Below are positions 1 to 12,100 of a DNA stretch of 64,000 nucleotides, in pieces. The position numbers and the translations under genes were made by a program. Numbering within the stretch: the first letter of the stretch is position 1; each line of letters begins with the position of its first letter. Under the pieces are notes generated by a model. That model was given only the letters and a program-made list of their open reading frames with translations, made no database searches and was not told the DNA's origin. Source of the stretch: Azolla caroliniana (taxonomy: Eukaryota; Plantae; Polypodiophyta); NCBI GenBank assembly GCA_043228905.1, contig JBHGNT010000015.1, forward strand, positions 11,966,001 to 12,030,000. The letters run 5' to 3'.

Positions 1-657
1 GAAAGACGATACAAACGAAAGCCGAATCGGGCGAATGAGGATTCGGCCGAAAGACGACCCGAAAGAAAGCCAACCCGAAAAGGGGTCGACTCGGTCAAAA
101 CCGATCGACTGAGTTTGACTTGGCCGAACGCGAATATGGATGGAAGCCGACCTAGCCGAAAGCTGATCGGACGAGACCGATCCGGAAAGAAGCTAATCCG
201 ACTCAATTGGAGGTTGGACCGGTTGAGGCTGGTGAAAACGAGGAAAAGAAAGCCAACCAAAACCGAAACCGATAGATCGAAACCGGGCCGGAAGGAGACC
301 GACTCAATCGAAACCGAACAACCGATTCCGATTCGGCCGAATACGAATCCAATCGGAAGCCGATCAAACCGAAAGGCGATCGGACGAGAGCGATCCGGAA
401 AAAAGTCAAGGTTGATGAAGACAAGAAAGAGGCCAGTAAAAGACACTACCACGAATGACAAGGGCCAAGAATATGACGAGAGAGAACAAAGAATATGGTG
501 GATCGGATGGCGACAATGGTTCGGGTGGAAAGAATGGGTCTATTCAAAATGGAGAGACAAAGTTGACATAGCGGGACAAACGGAGGATGAAGGGGAGACA
601 ACGAGCATCGGCAACTTCGGCACATACCGGAGGATGTGCGGGTTCGGAGGGGGCGAG
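1..657 (+). mobile_element. 3' internal region of an LTR retrotransposon (CCGA/AACCGA-rich low-complexity repeats) ending in a polypurine tract
   Basis: PPT-like GGAGGGGGCGAG at 646-657 directly precedes TGTCG at 658. The ORF 115-705 has no recognisable domain. Confidence 0.55.
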
Positions 658-1743
658 TGTCGTAGTGTATTTCGTACACTACGTGAAAAAGTAAAAATAA
701 TATAACCGATTTAATTACATATAAATAAAAATAATAATATATCAAGATATTTATCACATGCATAGGGCAAGATTCGAACCCTGTACCTCCATGTAGCCAA
801 ACCTCAACTTTACCATTATGCTACCTTATCTTTAGTGTTCTATAAATAGATTTTAATAACTATAAGTGCTTTATTTGCGCCTACCTTTATTAAAAAGGTA
901 AATCATGCATTTTTTAGAGTGCGTCAATATTTTATAGAAAAACGCAAGCAACTAAAAAGTGACTCATGCACATCTAGCGTGCATGAGCACTATATTTAGC
1001 AAATAAAAGCAAGGATTAGAAAAGCATCACATGCACATTTAGTGTGCATGAACATATTAGAAAAAAAAAGCATGTAGCTATGCTTAGTCTCTCCCATCAC
1101 TACATAAGGATGGGGAGCACAATGTAATAGGTGTGTGAAATATTTGGAAATTGGATATATTTCCGAAAACACCAACCGATTAATATAATCGTGGGATTCA
1201 CGAAAATAATATAATCTATACTTGTGGGATTCACAAGTTTCTTATATCTTTCTTTCAATCTAAATACATATTCTTATCTAAATATTGATTAATCGAATAC
1301 AATACACTCGTGGGATTCACGAAATTTCTATCTCTCTTTCTAATAATCTATTCATTACTAGCCTCATCTCATATTCTTCTTTCTCCTAGTCCAAAACCCC
1401 GGTGGTTCCCACCCGACTCACGCAACGATCCGGAGCCGAAAGGCACGACACAGTTGGTGAACCCGACGTGAAAATAATATAATCGTGGGATTCACGAAAA
1501 TAATATAATCTATACTTGTGGGATTCACAAGTTTCTTATATCTTTCTTTCAATCTAAATACATATTTTATCTAAATATTGATTAATCGAATACAATACAC
1601 TCGTGGGATTCACGAAATTTCTATCTCTCTTTCTAATAATCTATTCATTACTAGCCTCATCTCATATTCTTCTTTCTCCTAGTCCAAAACCTCGGCGGTT
1701 CCCACCCGACTCACGCAACGATCCGGAGCCGAAAGGCACGACA
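658..1743 (+). mobile_element. LTR (658-1450) + tRNA-Trp PBS + partial second LTR (~1473-1743); collapsed tandem LTR-retrotransposon remnant
   Basis: Starts TGTCG after the PPT and ends GGCACGACA at 1450. TGGTGAACCCGACGTGAA at 1455-1472 is complementary to the 3' end of plant tRNA-Trp. The segment ~1181-1450 is repeated at ~1475-1743 and again ends GGCACGACA. Confidence 0.7.
770..823 (-). promoter_or_regulatory. tRNA-like Pol III type-2 promoter (A box/B box) inside the LTR, antisense to the element
   Basis: Minus strand reads TAGCATAATGGTAAAG...GGGTTCGAATC with tRNA-like box spacing. No complete cloverleaf. Confidence 0.55.
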
Positions 1744-2118
1744 ACGTAACAGATACAGAAGGAACAAATGCTCCTCGCCCAAATTCATTGTATAAGGTTG
1801 GAAGAGATGCAAATGGGAACAAGGCTCGTGCATGTATCTATACTGAGTATTGCCGCCTCTCGCCAAGGTGGTATTGCAAAAAAAGTGACATGGAATCACA
1901 TTTACACAGGGAACATGGAATAGACATAGTCCTACCATAAGGGATGCATATAGAGGAGGAGGAGGGTACTCCGGGGGCATGCTTTAATAGCTATGAGCAT
2001 TAGAGATCACTCAGAAGATTTATGGACCTCGAAATCAAGTACAATAGAAATCGACAAACATATATCTGGAAGTTGAAGGTTAGGGTTGTTTCGAGGTACA
2101 GAGACAGAGACGATAGAA

Positions 2119-3258
2119 GATGTCAGTCCGACGGAAGGAGGTCGAGTCAAACACTGATCTTTATGTCACCCCAACATCAGATTCAGATGACGTTGCATTA
2201 GATGTGGCCACAGTTCAAATTCAGCACGGCAAGGGCATAAGGTTGTGGATCCAAACACCAAATAAACACTTTTCCAGGTAGTTTTTATGTGAAATATAAA
2301 TTAGTATCCTACTAACTAACATTGAGTGTGATATACCTACTCAAACTACATATTTCTATGCATTCAGGTACCAACTGACCTGCCAATGTCTCAAATTCAG
2401 CACGGCAAGGGCATAAGGTTGTGGATCCAAACACCAAATAAACACTTTTCCAGGTAGTTTTTATGTGAAATATAAATTAGTATCCTACTAACTAACATTG
2501 AGTGTGATATACCTACTCAAACTACATATTTCTATGCATTCAGGTACCAACTGACCTGCCAATGTCTCAATATGGCCCTTGACGTTACCGAGTCAGATCT
2601 TGAGACCATGTGCAAGTGTCGAGAAATGGCATCATTGTGGACTATGACCTTATTCACGTTGTTTATGGAGTACTCGCTGCCACCCGAAGTGACAGAACGC
2701 TTCACCATCGTCAGCCCACTGTGGGTGCAACTACACAAGTAGATGGTGAAGGGGCAAGCCATCCTTAGGAAGGTGGTTGAACATGATTTTATGTTCATTC
2801 CGATCGTGCTTGACGACCATTGGGTGTTGTGGACGAAGATGCAACAGAAAGTTTCTAAGCTTACCAACAAAGTAGTCTTCTATGATCCATTAAACAACAC
2901 GGCGACTGACAATGTGTGGGGAATGGCAGAGTTGGCGATTCCAACCATTTCATCTGAACCGTCTGACCACACCATTGTGTCCGAGGGTCGACATCACGTA
3001 TTGCACATCCCAACTCAACCAAATTGTTGGGATTGTGGCTTTTATGTGATGAAGACTATCCAGATGTTGGTGGAAGAGTTCTTACAAGGATGGATATCTC
3101 CAACTTTTGTAAGTGTAATCGCAATGCCTTTTTCATGTGGATTGTGTATAAATGTGTTCTTATACATATTTGGTGATAGGGCACAAAGATGTGGTTCACC
3201 AAACACGAAGTGGATTCACTTCGGATTCATGTGCATGAATGGGCACGAAGGGTACTAG
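2119..3258 (+). pseudogene. Ulp1/C48 SUMO-protease-like gene remnant carried by a DNA transposon
   Basis: ORF 2743-3258 has IPIVLDDHWVL...FYDPL...PTQPNCWDCGFYV, matching the H-D-Q-C catalytic pattern of peptidase C48. Upstream there is a stop codon and a tandem duplication. Confidence 0.7.
2215..2570. repeat. Tandem duplication, 176-bp unit x2 (includes a GT..AG intron-like segment)
   Basis: CACGGCAAGGGCATAAGG occurs at 2225 and 2401, followed by identical sequence. Confidence 0.9.
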
Positions 3259-3489
3259 GATTTGCACCTGCAACTGGTGGCCCCATATTGTAAATTTTGT
3301 GTCTGCTATTTTCAGCACATATTTGGTTATAGAGCTGATGTTGTAATTATATTTTGGAATCCACACAAATTTTGTATAGCGAGAATCAACTCATTGTATA
3401 TCACGAGTACTTATTAATGGAAAAGTTGTTTACAACAAGTGTTTATCTCAAGTTGATTTGTCGTTTTAAACCAATCTCAAGTTGTGGCA

Positions 3490-4594
3490 ATATATAGGAG
3501 GATGGTGTGGCTTGAGATGTGTGTGGAGGAAACTGTGGCCCAAATTTGGTAGAATGTTCAACTACGGGCATGTTGACACTACCAATCTTGTGGAGAGACA
3601 TTGGTAGTTTATCAAATATACTGCCTTGAGAGGGAGGATAAACCGATCAATTACCGATCTTGTGCATGTTTTAATCGGGTACAGTCAAATTGGCACTTGC
3701 ATCGGGGGTACTGTTATTGAATGGTACAAGGAACGACAAGAAATATGTGAGAGTGGTAGATTTGCACCCCGTGCAAATTCTAGGGATCAAACAACAAGAC
3801 TTAAAGAGGCCAAGAGGCTACTAGAGAGGTATGAAACTAATGATGCAACAATGCACATTGTGAACAAGCCCCGATATTGGTTTAAAATATTGAGCTTGAC
3901 AAAACCGAATGTATGGTATAATGTATCACTCCAATGCTCATATTGTGATTGCTAAGACCCTACGAGTAAATGTAAGCATATACTCAGCATCATGATGATT
4001 ATTGAGAGGCACATGCCGCATCTATGTGGGTTGTTGCCTTTTATAGATCATGCAACCCATATGCACAATGACCATTTCACAGAGACGAAAGTGGAGACAG
4101 AGGTAGAACTGGTCGAGGAGACAAACCCTATAACATCACAAATGGAGGAATGGGAGTCGAAATTACAAATGACTGAGGGGGCTATTCAATGTCTTAGGCA
4201 AGGGTTACGATCCCTCGACCGTGCAACAATTTTTGCATGTATGGAGTCCATTGAAGAAATGAGTTAAACAGTGGTGTATCACGCAGGTGCACCGAAACCA
4301 ACCAATGAAGAAGACCGTGGATCCGTAAGGCATAAGCAAGCAATTGGTGCAAAAAGGGGAGCATCAATCAACATTTCACAAGATCTTATTGGCAACTCCC
4401 CAAACACTTCCAAGGCACACACCGGAAAAATGCAAAGAGATGCAAGTCGAGCTAGGAGGCGGTTGCCAATATGTGCGATAGAGAAGATTCGATGCTTGCA
4501 TTGCCATGCCTTGACCTTTAGATCAAGGGACTCAAATGTTGATTGTTGCAAGAATTGTGGTAACATCTTGCCATCATCTCTCGATGAGCCATAA
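3490..4594 (+). pseudogene. Decayed MULE/MuDR-like transposase C-terminal region with SWIM zinc finger
   Basis: WYNVSLQCSYCDC*DPTSKCKHIL (CxC..CxH SWIM pattern, broken by a stop) and a downstream CLHC...CKNC finger. Several in-frame stops. Confidence 0.6.
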
Positions 4595-4944
4595 ACATAG
4601 CTTGAGTGGTTTTGCGGACTAGTGCATTTGGGTTTACAATGTTTAAAGTGGATTTATGAGTGCATTTGGGAGCATAGTATGAACCATACACACCATACGT
4701 GCATTCGCATTCGAGAATGTTTTCAATCATTCGTGCAAGAAAAACACCCTCAAAGAATGATAAATACCATACTTTTGGATTAACTATTTATTATGATGTA
4801 AATAAGCCTAAAAAATGGAAAAAAACATTAAAAAAATGGGAAAAAAAAATGCAAGAATATTTGAATAACATTCGCATTTGTTTTCCAACGTAGGAAAACG
4901 AATGTTATGCTAGACGAACACGAATTTTACGTACTATGTTTGGG

Positions 4945-5200
4945 AGTATGTCATATGTTGATTTATGTTTTAAGTTTCCTGTTTCAAGTATGTCATATGT
5001 TGATTTGGGTTTACGATGTTTAAAGTGGATTTACGTTTAAAGGATGTCATATGTTGATTTATTTTTCAAGTATTGTCATATGCTGATTTGTGTTTTATGT
5101 TTTATGTTTCAAATATGTCGTATGTCAATTTATGTTTCAAGTATGTCATATTTTGATTCGTGTTTCAAGTATGTTATAAGTTGATCTCTGTTTTAAGTTT
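4945..5200. repeat. Degenerate ~27-35 bp AT-rich tandem repeats (AAGTATGTCATATGTTGATTT)
   Basis: The motif recurs several times between 4945 and 5200. Confidence 0.7.
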
Positions 5201-5376
5201 TATGTTTTTTAACTTTTAACTTCTATGTTTTAAGATGATTATTTGTTTTATGTTAAGTATGGTGAAGATCGTTGATTTTGAATAATTTAAGGTTGGATTT
5301 TGTGACTGTTTGATATGTAGTACGTTTTAAGGGTAATGATCAAGCTTATTTGAAGATATTGGTCGAAATGATAGAT

Positions 5377-5577
5377 TTGGTTGGGCGACCTGCAAAGGTC
5401 AGGGTTGGGTGACCTACAACGGTTGGGCGACTTGCAACGGTCAGAGTTGGGCGACCAATTGTGGTTGGGAGACCAACGACTCAAAGTTGGGCAACCAATT
5501 GTGGTTGGGAGACCAACGACTCAGAGTTGGGCGACCAATTGTGGTTGGGAGACTAACGACTCAGAGTTGGGCGACCT
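5377..5577. repeat. Tandem repeats of TTGGGCGACC / ~40-bp unit; probable transposon subterminal repeats
   Basis: TCAGAGTTGGGCGACCAATTGTGGTTGGGAGACCAACGAC is repeated about 3 times, plus shorter variants. Confidence 0.75.
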
Positions 5578-6109
5578 CTGACAGGTTTTTTTCCTCGCGT
5601 TCTTCCTTATCGAAATCTGACGGTGCAGATCGCATGCGCCTTCCTCTGAGCGACCTGCACCGTCTGTGGCCGTGATTCCCTCGCCAGCCCTCTTTATGAT
5701 TTGATGCAGAATAGACACGAGCTAACATACATACATACATTATTACATACATACATACATACAAAACATACATACATATACATTACAATTACATTACATA
5801 CATGGAAATGCAGAGAGAGAGAGGGAGCGCAACAGAGAAAGGCTATACATATGTGGAGGTAAATCAGGTTCTCTCTCTCTCTCCCACTCTCACTCTCTCT
5901 CTGTACTCTCTCTTCCTTCCTCATCCTAGTCGTTTTTTTTTCTCTCTGTCAGACAGGTTTTGTTGTGCAGGTTTTGCACACCCTGATTCCATTCCTTATC
6001 TCTCTGCAGACTGCAGTTTGCTAGGCCTTGGTCTGGACCCCTCTTCATCCTTCCTAGTGTCAGTATTGTTGAGAGAAAGAATCCTTCAGTGATTCTATTG
6101 TGTAGGGCC

Positions 6110-9100
6110 ATGAGAGGCGGCGGAGGAGGAGGCGGACCTAACAGGCAGGGAGGACGAGGACGAGGAAGGGAAGGCGGTGGCGGTGGCAGAGGTAGCAGAG
6201 GTGGCGGAAGAGGCGGCGGCGGAGGGAGAGGCGGCGGAGGCGGAGAGCAGCGATGGTGGGACCCTCAATGGCGAGCCGAAAGGCTGAAGCAGATGCGAGC
6301 TGAGGTTCATCTCTCTATTTCTCTGTCTTACTTTTCGAATTAGGCTTATCTATAACCCTAGTGGTAAGCTAAGAATATCACGGTATGCACTACTTTACTA
6401 GATGCGACTCGGACTATAGTGGTTTAGCGCATGGCATTTTAGTTTCAGTTGCAAACTCTCAGTTGCTTTGTTCATCAGCAAACAAATGATTAAACGTTGA
6501 GATTCACTTGTCCCGCACTGCAGACTACAGCGCACTAAATGTACCTCACCCTTGCCTCTCCCTATAGCTCATCTTAGATCCCTTGGAGGATGTTAAATGA
6601 AAACTGTTATCTATCTCTCTGACTTTGTTTACTGATGTATGTTGTGCATTGAATCCGAAGTAAGCAGTTTTCTCTGAGTCGCCTTGAAGATTGAGGCTTT
6701 TATCTCTACAAACACATGTATTTCGCACAATGAATTGAAGTATGAGCTGACGTGGATCTTTATCTCCACATAAGGATATACGTTGTGCTTTGATTGCATT
6801 ACAACAAAATTAGGCCTTCTTATTTTCTCTACATAAGGAAAGTTTTGTGACAAGATAGTCTTTATCTTTCTTAAAATAAGAATATATGTTGCACATTGCA
6901 TTGAAGTTTAGCAGGGTGTAACTAGCCTGTATGGTCATAAAAAAATCTCACATTTTATCATATACAGAGGCCCCCAGAAGCTATTTTGGATGAAGGGGAA
7001 TGGGTGAACAAGCTTCGCAACCTTAAATCACAGGAGGATTTAGTGGAGATTGTTGTGAAAGAGAACATTGGTTATAGTGGTGGGCAGGTTCTTGAAAGAT
7101 TAGCGATGGAAGCTGCCCTCTATTTGTAAGAATCTTTCTTCCAATCAAGCCTTTAAATGCTAGCACTGGAACAGTTTGTGGTTATATCAAGTAAGAGTAG
7201 TATATACTGAGATATGTGATCTTTGATTGCACGTGGAAGAAAGTCGCTCATACAACAAAGGCATAAACACAGTGTATGTTGTAAGCAAGGTGCCGCTACC
7301 AAACTACCGTGCAGATTTGGATCAGAAACATGGCTCCAGTCAGCGCGAGGTATGGGTTGTTGGTGGGTGTGATAGTCTTATGTCGCGGCTGGCTTCAGGG
7401 TGCTATTTGTGAATTTCCTGCCTCATTCTTTTGACAGCTACAAATGTCGGCCGACACCGAACATCGTGTTAGCAACATGCTTGCCAGTTTCCGCGATTCT
7501 GGATCATCTTCATCTGGCACCAATGGGGTGGAAGTCAGCTCCATCGATGCAAATCCGAGGTTAGATCGATTGAGAATGCAAGAAAGGGATGGAATCAGTA
7601 TGGAAATGTCTGATAAAGAGAAGCTAAATGCACAGTTACAGAAGCAACAAAAGGAACTGCAGGTTACTCTCATTAATGTTGAAACTAAATTCATTTTATT
7701 GTCATGTTAAAATGTGCAGCAAGAGCAATGCAGTGATGAGAATTTGATTAAAGAAAATGGAATTAAACTAGAAAGATGTCATAAAAAAGAGCAATGCAAG
7801 GGTATTTCTAATGTTGGAATTTTCTAGATTCCTCAGCTTGAGCATTGTGTACAGCAAGAACAGTGTCGTGAGGATCTATATATTGTAAGGATAATGGAAA
7901 TAGAGCTAGGAGAAAGTCTTAGTATTTATGACTCGATGAAAATATGCTTTTTAAGCCATATTTTAAGCAACATGTAAAAATAGCATAGTGTGGCATTGCC
8001 AAACAGTCCTTGTATTCAGATGGTTATTCAAACTTTGAATCTCTGCAATGATCACTATGTAGACTAGTGTGCATTTGGTGCAAATTTGACAGGTTGGAGA
8101 ATTTTTAGATAAATTTGGATTTCTTTGTGTTTCTTTCATCTTCATCTCCAGTTTTTCATTTTCGAGTAATATTGCGATTATCTGGATTTCTTTGCATGTC
8201 TCCCCTCCCGTCTTCATTGTCTTGTAGATATTCTTAAGCTGTCTTACATTTGTCTGGATGCAGGAAAATGATTCTTTTAGATCAATGCTAACATTTAGAG
8301 CAAAACTTCCTGCATATAAGATGAGGGATGAGTTTTTACAGGCTATTTCCAAAAATCAGGTAATAAAAAGAATCTTACTAGCTGTATCGTGCTTGTGGGA
8401 AGTGAATCTTTTGATAAAGATTGGGTTCTGCTTTTGACAGGTCCTAGTTGTCTCTGGAGAAACTGGATGTGGGAAGACTACCCAACTCCCGCAATTTATT
8501 CTGGAGAATGAAATACAGAATGGGAAAGGGGCTGATTGTAGTATAATCTGCACTCAGCCTCGTCGTATCTCTGCCATATCTGTTGCAACTCGAGTTGCTG
8601 CAGAGAGTGGTGATGAATTAGGAGAAGCTGTTGGCTATCAAATTCGTCTCGAATCCAAGCGATCTGTAAACACGCGATTGCTTTTTTGCACAACTGGTGT
8701 TTTACTCAGGAGACTGGTATGACTCATTATGCTAAATGCTGGTCAATTCAGCCGAATTCTGTAGTTCAGTGTTGCTCAATAGTTATCGGATTGTCTTTTG
8801 GACTAGAACATACTTCTTATGTGTAGCTTTGTGTTCGATTCATAAGGTGCAAGACCCAGATTTGAATGGCGTTAGTCATGTTCTTGTTGATGAGATACAT
8901 GAGCGTGGGATGAATGAGGACTTTTTGATTATCATTCTTCGAGATCTACTCGTTCGAAGGCCTGACTTGCGCTTGGTGTTGATGAGTGCAACTATCAATG
9001 CAGACTTGTTCTCAAAATACTTCAACAACTGTCCAGTTATTCATATACCAGTGCGTATTCATGAGTCATTTGGTTTCATCATCCAGAGATGATCTACAAT

Positions 9101-12100
9101 TAACAACTACAATTTGAATCTGTTTTTTTTGTAATTTCACAGGGCTTCACTTTTCCAGTGACACAATTTTACCTTGAAGATGTCTTGGAGAAAACGCGAT
9201 ACCGTGTCAGCTCTGAGAATGGAGGAGGAAGATCAAGCTATCAAGACAGAAGAAATCCAGATAAAAAGGATGTCTTATCACAACTATTTGAGGTATGTAC
9301 ATAAAATATGGATACCAAATCATATGTTTTTCAAACTTGTTTGATACTTATCTGAATCTTGTTTTTAAAAACAATAGGAAATCGATCTGGAGAAAGAATA
9401 TGGAAGTTACAGTAGGTCAACCAAACAGAGTCTTCAAGCATGGAGCAGTGAGAAAATTGATATAGGCCTTGTATGTGCTAAAAATATGGGTCATTTTGTC
9501 TCTGAATTCCTTATGTCTTGCAGTCCGAACGACTGGCCATAATCTTCTGTTTATTAATCATTAGCAAAGTTACAACTTAAGTTATGAATGTGGCATAGAC
9601 CGCGTTTATGGTATTGAAAGAAAATATACTGTTCAAAGTTTTTTGCTAATTCTTTGATTGTTTTTCTCCACCAGGTAGAAGCCAATATTGAGTATGTCTG
9701 TAGGCATGAGGGACAAGGAGCTGTCCTTGTGTTTCTTACTGGTTGGGATGAAATTTCAAAACTGCTTGAAAAGTTACGAGAGAATGGTTACCTTAGAGAT
9801 ACAAACAAGTTTTTGATTCTTCCACTGCATGGTTCAATGCCCACCATTAATCAGCGTGAGATCTTTCAGCGACCACCAAGTGGTGTCAGGTAGAATTGTA
9901 CTACATGTAAATAAAAAATAAATTTATGTATGGTAGAATTCAAAAGCATTGTCTACATTCAAAGCTCAAATAGTATGGTGTAGTACTCTGGTTTTATGTG
10001 TAAGTTGTCATATTTGCACGAGAATCTGGTTTTTATTTGTTTTCTTGTATCCTGAGTGTTTGTTCCTGTTGAGTGCATCTTCAACAGGTATTACTTTGAA
10101 TGTGTGGTGTATGCTTTAATTTACTTAAGATCTAATTAATGTAAAGTTCAATAGTATGTAGTTGTTTATTTGTAAGGCCTATTAATAACCATCAATTCTG
10201 TTACTTCTGTAAGACTGTAAACGTTCGTAAAGAAATACATTTGTATAACTTTTAAGATAAATTTACTAAAGATCTAATTAATGTACAGATCAAAAGTATG
10301 TATTCTCTTATTTGTAAGTTCTATTAGCAAGCATCAATTCTGAGCCTATAAATATTTAGCAATCTTAGCGTTCCTTTCACTTTGTCATGGTAACAGGGAA
10401 CTGCCATTTATTTCGTGAGTTTTAACTCATCCCCATTCCCAACCAATGTTAAATGACACCATGCAATAGAGTGGGCCGCAAGGTAGCTATTGCATATATT
10501 AATATAAACTATTGTAACCTCGAAATTTCTAACATATGTAGTTGTTTAGCTGTATAGAATTTAGAGTTTTTTATCATCCATAAAGAGGCCAGTTTTGACC
10601 TATGGGACTAGTGTATACATGTGTTCTTGATATGTGTCTCCTTCCTAAAAAGGGGTATTCATACACTGAAGCACACAGTCTCTATGCGTGAATAAGGCAT
10701 ACACATATGAGCCCAACCTTCTAGGTGGTGTCTTAAGTATGACGCTTAAGTTATCACTCCCTCTTGATATGTCATTATATCTTGAACAAATTGCACTATA
10801 TGGCGAGCATGTGAAGAGCAAGTGACATTCATCCTCTACCATGCCTTCATTGCATACCTTACGTGCCTTCAAATTCATTACATTTTGATACTATGATGCA
10901 ACTTCAATACTAATTTGTGAGATCGAGTTCGGAGTATTGTGCGGGCTCTACGAGCATTACTACTCATATTGGTAATGAGATAAGGTTGGATACGATCGAT
11001 AGGCATTCTTGCTTTATATTGAGACCAATATTCAGGGTTGACATCTGCAATGGAGTATTCTAGCTTTGTCCTTTTAGCATCTTCCCACTTCATCCTTAAT
11101 GATTCCACCAACCTTTCCTTAATCATCACATAATGCATAGCATGGCTCGAAAGCTCTAAAAGATCATCCACACCCCATCTTCTGAACCATTTTTGTATGT
11201 CAACAACCCAACCGGATGAGAGAATTTTACTCTTATGATTCTTTTGTTGCTTACATCCAACATTCCAAGCAAGATGTGGTAATCAATGATTCGGCATATT
11301 CTTGACTTTTGTAATGTATCTAAATATTCTTTGGAGTGCCAATATCTCTATGAGCCTGGTAAGAGGTAGTGCATTTAACTCCTAATTACTTCCTTAAAAA
11401 CATCTTTTGAATTTTCTCAATCTCATTCCATGCGTCAAGAGAGATGGTGCCACCCCATACTTCTACTCCATAAAGCAATACTTGAGTTACCAGGGTATTG
11501 AACAACATTAGTTTTACTTCCCATCCACAAGTATCACTTTGGTTGCATTGGTTCTCCAAAAGGTAATACGATTTCCAACCGGCTTGAAGCCTAGAATCAA
11601 AGCATGCACTCCATTTATTTGTGGCGGGTACGTCGATACCAAGATATTTAAAGCTTTGAACAAATTGTATATGTTCACCTCTATATGTGAGCATAGGGTA
11701 ATGATGGGTGCACTGCCATCATCTTTGTTTTCTCCACATTCATTGCTAGTCCACTACTATGGCAAAATTCTTCTAATAGACTTAAACCATTTGAGATACA
11801 TCTTACATTTATCATCGAACCAAGAATTTCATGGAAAACTACACATCTTATGCCCACCAACATGCCTCTTAAAGTATTGATATCCAGCCTTAAGGATGAT
11901 ATCCTTCAAATGTTGCCAATTTTCTTTAACATAGTTGCTTAGAGAAAAAATTTAACAAATGGTTCTCCACTTCATTTGCATACATCTTAGCTTTTTCGTA
12001 GCAAGGTCGGATGATACATCTCTTTTCGTCTTTCACTCCATGGCATCTATTGATGAAATGTGGAATTGCAAGCTCTAAGTGCAATGGCTTATGGTTTGAG

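Noticed and set aside
115-705. 196-aa ORF
   Set aside because: Non-ATG start, low-complexity repeat translation and no domain; it runs across the PPT into an LTR.
10118-10345. Diverged ~80-bp direct repeat in helicase intron 10; also a ~72-bp tandem duplication at 18131-18272
   Set aside because: Ordinary local duplications with no sign of function.
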